64,000 bases of DNA from a virus. This document shows, piece by piece, positions 17,481 to 26,024 of this stretch (its first letter is position 1; each line of letters starts with the position of its first letter). The notes below the pieces were generated by a model, which ran no database searches, was not told the DNA's origin, and was given only the letters and a program-made list of their open reading frames with translations. Position numbers and translations under genes: made by a program. The stretch spans positions 19,589 to 83,588 of the IMG/VR virus record IMGVR_UViG_3300042946_001661. One strand, 5' to 3'.

Positions 17481-18014
17481 ATGAACAGATTAAAAAATCA
17501 AAGAGCTTATCTTGCAGGAGCTATAGATCGTTGTCCAAATTTAGGAATTGCCTGGAGAGAATCCATAACTCCTTTTTTAAAAGAAAAAGGAGTTACTGTT
17601 TTAAATCCAATGAAAAAATCTATAAATCTTGGCAATGAAACAGGTGAATCTAGAGATCATAGGCTTAAACTTAAAGAGTCTGAAAACTATGATCAACTAA
17701 GTGTTATGATGAAAGAAATAAGAAATATTGATCTTAGAATGGTTGATATAAGTGATTTTTTGATAGTTAATATAGATTTAGATATACACCCATGCGGCAC
17801 CTACGAGGAAATTTTTATAGCAAACAGATCAAAAAAACCAATAATAATTCACATGGAACAAGGAAAAATCAAAACTCCAGACTGGTTATTTGGAACATTA
17901 CCTCATAGCATGTTTTTTTCTACATGGGAAGATATTAAAAAATATTTAACACATGTAGATAGCGAAGAATTTATAGAAACTAAAAACAGATGGAAATTTT
18001 TTAATTTATGTTAG
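17481..18014 (+). CDS. nucleoside 2-deoxyribosyltransferase-like protein
   Basis: YLAGAI, WR, LNP, DL..V..SD, GT.EE motifs. Confidence 0.75.
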   Translation: MNRLKNQRAYLAGAIDRCPNLGIAWRESITPFLKEKGVTVLNPMKKSINLGNETGESRDHRLKLKESENYDQLSVMMKEIRNIDLRMVDISDFLIVNIDLDIHPCGTYEEIFIANRSKKPIIIHMEQGKIKTPDWLFGTLPHSMFFSTWEDIKKYLTHVDSEEFIETKNRWKFFNLC

Positions 18015-18280
18015 AATACAGAATAAGTTGTGGACATATTCAAGGAGGTTGGTGTTCAAGCTGTATAGAGCTTTGGAGAGAAGCATATGATAAAGGAAAA
18101 AAAGATGCGTCTATTGCTAAAAAAGGCTATATGTGCAAAACAGAATATGAATGTGAATTAGGAATTGCTTCTGGTGGTTGTAGAGTTTTTTCTAGTATCG
18201 AGGATATCAAGAATCATAAATCGTGTTGGAAAGACTGTGGCATAGTAGAGGTAGAAATCAATTATAAAGGCATATTATAA
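18008..18280 (+). CDS. Cys-rich hypothetical protein
   Basis: 90 aa; H..C...CGIVEVEI. Confidence 0.6.
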   Translation: MLEYRISCGHIQGGWCSSCIELWREAYDKGKKDASIAKKGYMCKTEYECELGIASGGCRVFSSIEDIKNHKSCWKDCGIVEVEINYKGIL

Positions 18281-18287
18281 TTTTAAT

Positions 18288-18324
18288 AAAAAAAAGCACC
18301 CAAAGTTATTTTGGGTGCTTTTTT
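18288..18324. terminator. bidirectional intrinsic terminator
   Basis: A-tract, GCACCCAAA/TTTGGGTGC stem, T-tract, between convergent genes. Confidence 0.85.
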
Positions 18325-18431
18325 ATTTTTTCTAATCTAAGTTATTATACAATCAAATTTTTTCTATCACCCCCTTTCTGTGTATTAACTTAAGATTTTT
18401 TCTATTATTATTCATAAATAAACTAAGCTTT

Positions 18432-19064
18432 TTAGCTCCTGTTGGGTTCACATAAAAAATACATACATTCTATCTGACTAGAACAATGAAAACCTGCTAC
18501 CTTAGAAAAGGTGGCATTTAGATAGTTTTCAAATTCTTTAAAATCCCATTCTCTAACGTGAGCGGGATTAATTGGCGGTCCTTGCCAAGACTTTTCTCCA
18601 TAATTCATGAATCTACTTCTTAATATTTCTCTGTCTGGTGTGGATATTACTAAATAATTATAGTCAAAAGAATTAATATATTCAATAAGATTATCTGGAT
18701 CTATTATATGTTCAATTACATCTGCACAGATTATTATATCACATTTCTTATTAAAATTTGGAAAACTTTCTTCTGATTTTCCGCTATTAATCCACTCTCT
18801 ATCTGGATAGTTGTTCTTGAGAAAAGAGAAACATGGTTCAGTTTCAATTCCAATTGTCCAGTTTTTTTCAAAATATTTTATTAATTTATATCCAGAACCA
18901 CAACCTATATCAATTACTGTGTTCAGGCTATTTTCATCTAAAAAACTTTTTGCAAATCTATATACCTCATCTTGAGCTTCATCAGAATAACTTCTATCAT
19001 CATGATGTGTGGGATTAGGATTTATTTTATAATCTTTGTAAATAAAATAATTTTGTTTATTCAT
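18432..19064 (-). CDS. class I SAM-dependent methyltransferase
   Basis: VIDIGCGSG, DVIEH, ISTP, HVREW. Confidence 0.88.
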   Translation of the reverse strand: MNKQNYFIYKDYKINPNPTHHDDRSYSDEAQDEVYRFAKSFLDENSLNTVIDIGCGSGYKLIKYFEKNWTIGIETEPCFSFLKNNYPDREWINSGKSEESFPNFNKKCDIIICADVIEHIIDPDNLIEYINSFDYNYLVISTPDREILRSRFMNYGEKSWQGPPINPAHVREWDFKEFENYLNATFSKVAGFHCSSQIECMYFLCEPNRS

Positions 19065-19702
19065 AATGGAAAAAAGTTTGGATTGGTAAAAAAAACATTA
19101 ATTTCATTGAAATTAGAAACATCTATTGGCTCCCAAGTTTCTGGTCTTGGTCCCCAATCACTCGGTGCCATTTTTTCTATAATAAACCCTTTGTCAAACA
19201 TCCATTTTTTAACATCTTCAAGAGTATATTGATCTTTGTATAAGGTATTATTTTTGTAGTTTACAGTCTCCAAGACACCAGCTTTAACAATTTTATAAAA
19301 ATTATTGAGACCAATTAAAACATTTAAATCATGACCTTGTGCATCACAATGAAGCCAATCTATTCTTTTTATATTATTTTCAATTATAAAGTTTTCTAGG
19401 GTTATTACATCTACCTCTATTTTATCTATATTATCTAATTTAACATTATTCCAATTATTTTTTTCATTAATATCTGACAGAGAACTACAATCTTCAGATT
19501 TTAAAATATTAAATGAATGTCTCCCAGAAAAATCACTTACTGCTTTACATGTTAAAGTATAATTAGGCAAATTTTTTATTTTTGAATTAATTATATTACA
19601 AAATCCTGGGTGTGGTTCAAAAGCAAAAACAAAATCGCCATTCATGGCTCTCCATATAGAATCTTCCCCATCATTTGCACCTATATCAAATACTATATTC
19701 AT
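19061..19702 (-). CDS. FkbM-family methyltransferase
   Basis: DIGAN.G, FEP, AVSD, ID.LHCDAQG.D..VL.G. Confidence 0.88.
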   Translation of the reverse strand: MNIVFDIGANDGEDSIWRAMNGDFVFAFEPHPGFCNIINSKIKNLPNYTLTCKAVSDFSGRHSFNILKSEDCSSLSDINEKNNWNNVKLDNIDKIEVDVITLENFIIENNIKRIDWLHCDAQGHDLNVLIGLNNFYKIVKAGVLETVNYKNNTLYKDQYTLEDVKKWMFDKGFIIEKMAPSDWGPRPETWEPIDVSNFNEINVFFTNPNFFPL

Positions 19703-19707
19703 ATTAA

Positions 19708-19971
19708 TTAAATTTGATCTTCGCCCAACTTCTGTGTACTGGCTTGGGATTTTTTCCATTGCTCAAATTCTTCATAGATACTCTTAGCTTGATTATCAAG
19801 CTGTTTTAGTTCTTGTTGAGTTTTTTCATAAACTTGCTTAAAAGCTTCTTTTTTCTTTTTCTTTTCAGTATGTATTTCTGCAATTTTTTCAGAAAATTCT
19901 TGAAAATTATCAGTCAAAAGAAATTCTAGTTGCTTGTCAACTTCATCTTTCTTCTTTGGAAGATCTGTCAT
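19708..19971 (-). CDS. coiled-coil hypothetical protein
   Basis: 87 aa; AGGAG SD. Confidence 0.65.
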   Translation of the reverse strand: MTDLPKKKDEVDKQLEFLLTDNFQEFSEKIAEIHTEKKKKKEAFKQVYEKTQQELKQLDNQAKSIYEEFEQWKKSQASTQKLGEDQI

Positions 19972-19993
19972 AGCCTACTCCTGAGTATAGTTG

Positions 19994-20242
19994 TTAGAAA
20001 ATAAAAATTCTACGAACATTAGAATTGTTTATATCATTTATTTTTGGAATCTTCAATGATATATTCATTACTTTGTCTGTTATATCTAATCCAGAATCAA
20101 CTAGTTTTAGTTTGTAAAATATTTTTAATTCATCATCAGACAACATTGACATTAAATCTCCAAACGTTTTATCTTCAGTCCATGTTTCTACTACTTTATT
20201 GTCAATACTATTAAATATATTTATTAAATTTTCAATTTTCAT
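19994..20242 (-). CDS. hypothetical protein (start moved to MKIENL)
   Basis: Upstream part of the tracked ORF overlaps the FmdB-like gene. Confidence 0.5.
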   Translation of the reverse strand: MKIENLINIFNSIDNKVVETWTEDKTFGDLMSMLSDDELKIFYKLKLVDSGLDITDKVMNISLKIPKINDINNSNVRRIFIF

Positions 20243-20246
20243 AAAA

Positions 20247-20543
20247 TCAATCTGCTTCTCCATATATGTCTTTAGCAGTTCCCATTTTTGAATTTCTTTC
20301 TGCGATTCTTCGCTCTGTTTTTGCTTTTTCCATATTGTAGCCCGCCCTGTAACTAAAACTATCCCATTTGCTAGTGTCTCCGGGCGATGTAAAAGTTGTT
20401 CCAAAACTTGATGGAATCTTTTCTTTAGATTTACTTCCACAAAATTCACATGCCACACCCTTATATTGATTTTTCGGATCATGACTCGTTAGGACTTCAT
20501 ATCTTTTTTTACATTTCTTACAAGAAAATTCGTAAATTGGAAT
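20247..20543 (-). CDS. FmdB-family zinc-ribbon protein with ATT start codon
   Basis: (ATT)-PIYEFSCKKC...CEFCGS; in-frame TGA two codons upstream; AGGTG SD-like sequence. Confidence 0.75.
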   Translation of the reverse strand: MPIYEFSCKKCKKRYEVLTSHDPKNQYKGVACEFCGSKSKEKIPSSFGTTFTSPGDTSKWDSFSYRAGYNMEKAKTERRIAERNSKMGTAKDIYGEAD

Positions 20544-20550
20544 AATTCAC

Positions 20551-20826
20551 CTACTCTTTCATCTCTAGTGTTTCTATTAAAAACTTATATGTGTTTTTAA
20601 TTTTATTTAATTTATATTCTTCTGAATAAAAAAACCAGAAAATATTACTTTTACAAAATTTAAAACATTCAAATAATATTTTTGATTTTAAATTTTGTTC
20701 TAAAATATGAAGATGAAAACCATCAATTGCAGTCTGTTGAGAAAGTATGCTTTCATATTCTCCTTCATCTATAAATCGATCATCATCTTCATATTCATCA
20801 TCATCGTTATCGTCTATAAATCTCAT
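20551..20826 (-). CDS. hypothetical protein
   Basis: 91 aa, ATGA-coupled to the upstream gene. Confidence 0.6.
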   Translation of the reverse strand: MRFIDDNDDDEYEDDDRFIDEGEYESILSQQTAIDGFHLHILEQNLKSKILFECFKFCKSNIFWFFYSEEYKLNKIKNTYKFLIETLEMKE

Positions 20827-21338
20827 TTTTTTTTCCTTGTAAAATCGGAATGATCTTTCAGTTTTAAATGTTTTTTAGCAAGAAAGTAAACATGTTTTAA
20901 AAATTGTTTAGGAGTTTTGATGTTTGAATCCAAATACTCTGGAGATATCTGGAATGCAAAGTTTTCTACACTTTCGTCCCAAATTACACAAACAATATCT
21001 TTTTTAGATAATTCTTGTAAAACATTAGAACAAACTCTTATGCTTAAATCTCTAACTATTTGAGAAAATTCTTCAAACTTTATAACTTGTCCTACGTGGG
21101 TTTCATGTATAAAACCTTTAAAAATAACATCCGATTCTTTTTCTGGAAGGAGGTATTTTAACTCATCTTTAAATTTTTTAGTAGCTTTAAACTTATCGTT
21201 ATCTAGATTTGGAAGTTTTTTATTGTTATTAGTGTATATAAAATGCCAATAAGCTATATGTCTTATTTTTTCGTGAACTAAATCGTAGTCGTCTATAACT
21301 ATGACTTTTTCATCTTCCTCATCCTCTTCGTCAAACAT
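20823..21338 (-). CDS. hypothetical protein (start MFDEED)
   Basis: AAGGA SD before 21338. Confidence 0.6.
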   Translation of the reverse strand: MFDEEDEEDEKVIVIDDYDLVHEKIRHIAYWHFIYTNNNKKLPNLDNDKFKATKKFKDELKYLLPEKESDVIFKGFIHETHVGQVIKFEEFSQIVRDLSIRVCSNVLQELSKKDIVCVIWDESVENFAFQISPEYLDSNIKTPKQFLKHVYFLAKKHLKLKDHSDFTRKKK

Positions 21339-21354
21339 AAAATTTATTTCCTTA

Positions 21355-22011
21355 TCAATTATTAGAGATAATTTTATTAAAATTTTCAGATAATTCTTTA
21401 TAAGGAGCAAAAATTTTATTTTTGTCCAATCCTTTATAAAAAGGTCCATAAATAAAATCAGAAATCAAATAAGCTTGAATTTCATCTTTTAATACTTTTT
21501 TACAATATCCCATTGATAATAAATTTTTACACATATTATTAAATGTTTTTTTATCTATTTTTGATATAATTTTATTTACTTCTTTTTTATAAGAAGAATT
21601 TAAATAATAAAAAGCATGACACATTTCATGTTTATAATCACACTTTTTACTTTCATCTATTCCTATTATGTAAGCTTTTTTATCTTTTATTGTATCTTTA
21701 ATATTATTAATTATTTCTTTAAAAACTTCATCATAAACATTTTCTACTTTGTTCAATTCATAGCAGTTCTCAGCAACCTCTAGAGGAAAGTTGTAACCAG
21801 ACCAATCAAATGGATATGTAAATCCATTATACTCTCTGCTATACCATTCGATGTAGTCCCATATACTAAATATTTTATTTCTAAACTTAAAGTTAGGAGA
21901 TTCATAATATTCTTGAACTCTACAAAATAACATTCCTCTATCATATCTATCTTTTACAGATATCATGAACACACAAGGCTTAACTTGTTTTATTTTAAAT
22001 TTAATTGTCAT
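21355..22011 (-). CDS. phage protein with HExxH motif
   Basis: F.R.QEYYES, W.G.N.P, HEMCHA, DEIQAY. Confidence 0.6.
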   Translation of the reverse strand: MTIKFKIKQVKPCVFMISVKDRYDRGMLFCRVQEYYESPNFKFRNKIFSIWDYIEWYSREYNGFTYPFDWSGYNFPLEVAENCYELNKVENVYDEVFKEIINNIKDTIKDKKAYIIGIDESKKCDYKHEMCHAFYYLNSSYKKEVNKIISKIDKKTFNNMCKNLLSMGYCKKVLKDEIQAYLISDFIYGPFYKGLDKNKIFAPYKELSENFNKIISNN

Positions 22012-23366
22012 AGTAGTTTTATTTTTTCAGTTGTTGATATACATTCTTTTGTAGGACATATAACAACTTCTGAAATTCCATATCCAACAACGTCTTCTGG
22101 TTTATAGTCTCCACCCTTAACTATAGTATCAGGTTTTATTGATTTAATCAAATCTATTGGTGTTTCTTCTTTAAAGCTTAAAATAAAATCTACACATTCT
22201 ATTGATGACAAAATGTCTATCCTGTCATCTAGGCGTAGTATTGGTCTATTTTCACCTTTTAAATTTCTAACACTCTCATCACTATTCAAAGCAACTACAA
22301 GTTTATCTCCTTGAGATTTTGCAAATTTTAAACACTCTATATGTCCGGCTGTTAATCCTGCATCGAAGCAGCCATTTGTAAAAACAAGTTTAAAATCTCT
22401 TTGAGATAACAAATCTTTATCAACAACTTTAGTGTTTAAAATTTTATAAAAATCTAAATATGATAAATTAGAATTATTGTTTTTTGTTACATAAAAATAG
22501 CTTATGTTAAAACTTATTTCTGCTGCTTGGTGTATAGTAAATCCTAAAAGGAGTCCAAGTGTTAAATAGCTTATAAAACAATCTCCTCCTCCAATTACGC
22601 TAACTTTTGATTCTTTTTTTCCACTTTCATATTTAAAAAAATTATTTTCATGATCCATTCCATAAAAACCATTATAGGAATCTGTTATCAGTACATTTTT
22701 ACAGTATAAATTTTCTTTAAAATATTTACATTGTAAAAATGGATCTTTTTGTTTACTTAAACTTAACGCCTCACTTCTATTTGGCTTAAATACATCGCAA
22801 TTTATCCATTTTTCTAGTGGTCCGTGTTTAGGATCTACAATTGATAGTGCATATTTATAATTAATATTATTTGAAAAAACTCCTTTAGAATAATCAGAAA
22901 AAATGCAAGCATCTGCCCCACTATTTTTCAATCTCTTCAATAGTTTGTCTTGATAAAAACCTATATTCTCTATTCCGAAATTATTTTGTTCTACATCCCA
23001 TCTAAACAAAGGAAATGAATTGTTATAAAATCTTTTTTTTCTTGGAATTTTATTTGGATGAGGTATGACTATGCAGCTTTCAACATCTATTTTATTTTTT
23101 ACATATTGTTCGTATGCAAAACCATCAAGAAGACTATAGAACAATACTTTTATATTATTAAAATTTAATAATTGTCTACAAACATTTCCTGCTCCTCCTG
23201 GTAGTATTGTTTCTGGATCATCACTTGCTGTTAAACTTACTGGGATAGGAAACTCTGGGCTGATTCTATTACTCACCACATTATAGTATTCATCAAGAAT
23301 ACTATCTCCGAAAACAGCTATTTTAAGATTAGATTTTCTAAGTTTATTAAAAAATTCTTGAATCAT
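22008..23366 (-). CDS. hldE: bifunctional ADP-heptose synthase (PfkB kinase plus adenylyltransferase)
   Basis: GD.ILDEY, RISPE.P.PV, GGAGNV, SDY.KG, KPN..E, GGGD; FTNGCFD, ALNSD.SV..LKG..RP, VKGGDY. Confidence 0.9.
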   Translation of the reverse strand: MIQEFFNKLRKSNLKIAVFGDSILDEYYNVVSNRISPEFPIPVSLTASDDPETILPGGAGNVCRQLLNFNNIKVLFYSLLDGFAYEQYVKNKIDVESCIVIPHPNKIPRKKRFYNNSFPLFRWDVEQNNFGIENIGFYQDKLLKRLKNSGADACIFSDYSKGVFSNNINYKYALSIVDPKHGPLEKWINCDVFKPNRSEALSLSKQKDPFLQCKYFKENLYCKNVLITDSYNGFYGMDHENNFFKYESGKKESKVSVIGGGDCFISYLTLGLLLGFTIHQAAEISFNISYFYVTKNNNSNLSYLDFYKILNTKVVDKDLLSQRDFKLVFTNGCFDAGLTAGHIECLKFAKSQGDKLVVALNSDESVRNLKGENRPILRLDDRIDILSSIECVDFILSFKEETPIDLIKSIKPDTIVKGGDYKPEDVVGYGISEVVICPTKECISTTEKIKLL

Positions 23367-24016
23367 ATATTCCAGTCTTGATCAAAGCCTCCTAATGCTT
23401 CAGCAACTGTTGGTAGTTGTTCGCAAAAAATTTGCTTACACTCTTTTGCAATAACCATGTGTTCTTTTTGAGTTCCATTTTTTTCTCTAAGCGAGATGTA
23501 TGTTATCCAACTACGAATAGTAGCGTTTGCATAAAGCCTTGTTGGTGTTGCTAAAGGTAAAACAAATCTAGCACACTCTTTGGCTATTCCGTCTTCTATC
23601 ATCCCGTCATATATTGCTTTAGATTTAGCTAGATGTTCTCTGATTTTTGTATTCCATTTTGATTTAATCTCGTCACTTACATCATCTATACTATTTTGAC
23701 GGTTTTTATTATCTTGACTACGTAATTCAAAAAGTGGAATATCATCACACAATAATGTTGTGTCCGAATATCTTTGGCTAAATTCTTGGAAATTCATGCT
23801 TCTATGTCTTAGAATTTGAGCAGCTAATCCTCTTGTTGTGTTAATTTCTAAACACATGTTAGCCATTTCAAATATACTCCAATGTCTATTTTTTATACAA
23901 TAAGATAATAGTTTAGAATAATTTTCATTATCTTGGTTGTTTGGATTGCTTACCCTCGCACAATAAGCCATTATTTTTTCAGCATCGGGAGTTATTGTTT
24001 TAAATTTTACAATCAT
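23363..24016 (-). CDS. thyX: flavin-dependent thymidylate synthase
   Basis: ARVS, HWS.FE, QILRHRS...QEFSQRY, E.AR.VLP, Q.EH. Confidence 0.93.
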   Translation of the reverse strand: MIVKFKTITPDAEKIMAYCARVSNPNNQDNENYSKLLSYCIKNRHWSIFEMANMCLEINTTRGLAAQILRHRSMNFQEFSQRYSDTTLLCDDIPLFELRSQDNKNRQNSIDDVSDEIKSKWNTKIREHLAKSKAIYDGMIEDGIAKECARFVLPLATPTRLYANATIRSWITYISLREKNGTQKEHMVIAKECKQIFCEQLPTVAEALGGFDQDWNI

Positions 24017-24053
24017 TTTTTGCTCCATTGTTAAATGCAATTGTAGCAAAAAA

Positions 24054-24581
24054 TTATATTACGTTCAAAGTTCTTGATCCATCTCCAGCCATAGGTGGGG
24101 CGTTGTAATTATCTACTCCTGTTTCCATTCCTGGATTTACTGGGTCCGCCTCTTTCATATTGGAAGATTGCTTTTTTAAATCATTGTTTATTGAATCTTC
24201 TGGTTTGGGTAGTCCATCTTCTTGCTTTTGGTTAACCTTATTTAAGGTTGATCCCTTTCCAGAAACTAAACTTTCTAGCTCTTTAATACAACTCATTATT
24301 AAAGCTTTTGTGTCTATGTTAAAAGTTGGAGTTTGAGGATCTAAATATTTCATTAGATTTATAGCAATTTTTTGAACAGTTTTTAAATATACAGGATTTG
24401 CTTTTGTTTTTAACAAAGGTCTCATTCTATTTACAACATTCATTAAATAATCATCGGTATCTTTTTTACTCATAACTCCAGAATCTTCATATATTGTTTG
24501 AAGAGCTGTAAGTATGTCTCCAACCTTAACAATAAAATAATTTTCATTATTTTCTTTTAATAAAAATTCTTTAAATCTCAT
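24054..24581 (-). CDS. late protein with capsid-targeting-like N-terminus (MRFKEFLLKE)
   Basis: TATATATA 5 nt before ATG. Confidence 0.7.
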   Translation of the reverse strand: MRFKEFLLKENNENYFIVKVGDILTALQTIYEDSGVMSKKDTDDYLMNVVNRMRPLLKTKANPVYLKTVQKIAINLMKYLDPQTPTFNIDTKALIMSCIKELESLVSGKGSTLNKVNQKQEDGLPKPEDSINNDLKKQSSNMKEADPVNPGMETGVDNYNAPPMAGDGSRTLNVI

Positions 24582-24622
24582 AAAAATATATATACCTACA
24601 GGAATATTTCCTGCCAGGATTT

Positions 24623-25042
24623 TTATTTGCCTGTTGATCCAAAACCACCAGAACCTCTATTTGTTTCTTGTAATTTATCCGATAATTCAAATTCAAAATT
24701 ATAATGTGCTTCAATTATTAATTGAGCTATTTTATCTCCAATATTGACAACATATTCTTTATTATCTGTATTAAATAGTATCACTCCTAATTCTCCTCTA
24801 TAGGAGCTATCGATTACTCCAGCAAGAACATCAATTCCATTTTTAAAAGCAAGTCCAGATCTAGGAGCTATTCTTCCATAATAATTTTCTGGAATTTCTA
24901 TGGATACCCCAGTTTTTACCAATGCTCTTGATAAAGATGGAATTAAAACTTTTTCTACCGAATATAAATCTGCCCCCGCATCTGTTGCGTTTGCCCGACT
25001 TGGAATCTTAGCCAGTTCATGTAGTTTTTTAACTTTTATCAT
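24623..25042 (-). CDS. dut: trimeric dUTPase
   Basis: AGADL, PRSG, GVIDSSYRGE, IAQL, RG.GGFGSTG. Confidence 0.96.
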   Translation of the reverse strand: MIKVKKLHELAKIPSRANATDAGADLYSVEKVLIPSLSRALVKTGVSIEIPENYYGRIAPRSGLAFKNGIDVLAGVIDSSYRGELGVILFNTDNKEYVVNIGDKIAQLIIEAHYNFEFELSDKLQETNRGSGGFGSTGK

Positions 25043-25048
25043 TTTAAA

Positions 25049-25261
25049 TTACTCCTTGTTTAATTTCCGAATCTCTATTGTTTTTTTAAAATCAATTTCA
25101 TGCTTAGCTAAAAGCGAATTAACAACAACGTGATAATTATTTGCAAATGCATACCCTAGTCTATAGCCTTCTATGTGGGCTTGTTTTAATAAATTTTCAA
25201 TTTCTTCTTTATTCACTTTTTTTATTCCTACTCCCTCGTTTCCGGTAGCTCCTTTTATCAT
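25049..25261 (-). CDS. hypothetical protein
   Basis: 70 aa ORF in operon. Confidence 0.45.
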   Translation of the reverse strand: MIKGATGNEGVGIKKVNKEEIENLLKQAHIEGYRLGYAFANNYHVVVNSLLAKHEIDFKKTIEIRKLNKE

Positions 25262-25538
25262 TTAACTTTTTATCTAGAAGCATGGTTATATTATACAAAC
25301 CTATACCTGCAAATAAAAATAAAATAGGAATTGTTATCTTCCAAAATATTAAAATATAAATAAAAATCCAAGCTAGTAGTGGGAATTCATCAAGATTTCC
25401 AGCAGCGTCTAGTGTTAGGGCTATAATAGGAAACAAAATAATAAAAGGAAGAACAATATAATTAAAAATTTTTATTAAAAATTTAAAAAACAACCTCAAC
25501 ATTGAAGCTAGATCGGCTATAAAATCAGATAGTTTCAT
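25209..25538 (-). CDS. membrane protein (2-3 TM)
   Basis: Long hydrophobic stretches, basic tail. Confidence 0.6.
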   Translation of the reverse strand: MKLSDFIADLASMLRLFFKFLIKIFNYIVLPFIILFPIIALTLDAAGNLDEFPLLAWIFIYILIFWKITIPILFLFAGIGLYNITMLLDKKLNDKRSYRKRGSRNKKSE

Positions 25539-26022
25539 TAAAAATTTTCCATTCTTTTAATTTTTGTTTTTTTAATATGTAGTTTAAAGGTCCTCCATGC
25601 CTTAAAAATCTTTTTTCAGCTTGTTTTACCTTATCTTTTGAAGCCCAACCTACAATCTCTACCAATCTTAAATTAATTTCAGGATTATAAGCACAAAGAA
25701 CATAGCCTTGAGCATTCTCATTAAAGTGATGGACTTCCACTCTTAGATAAGGATCATTAAGATATGTGGTAGTTTTTACACTCCATTTTCCATCAGGCAA
25801 ATCAATTCCATCATCTCCATGATTATCAAATATTCTAGTGTCTATTTCAACACCAATACTTTTAGCCACAGCATATTCGCCAGCTAAGCCAATAAAATGA
25901 GCTCTTGCACTTCCTTGCTTTCCTCCATATGTCATAGATCCAAATCTATGTTTTTTTTCATTTCTTTGCTTTGTGATATCTCTAAGAAAATAGAGATCAT
26001 AATTTTTAAGATTAATAATCAT
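25525..26022 (-). CDS. putative PD-(D/E)XK-fold nuclease
   Basis: G..GE.AVA, D.G.D, .VKT, .VGW pattern. Confidence 0.45.
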   Translation of the reverse strand: MIINLKNYDLYFLRDITKQRNEKKHRFGSMTYGGKQGSARAHFIGLAGEYAVAKSIGVEIDTRIFDNHGDDGIDLPDGKWSVKTTTYLNDPYLRVEVHHFNENAQGYVLCAYNPEINLRLVEIVGWASKDKVKQAEKRFLRHGGPLNYILKKQKLKEWKIFNETI

Positions 26023-26024
26023 AA

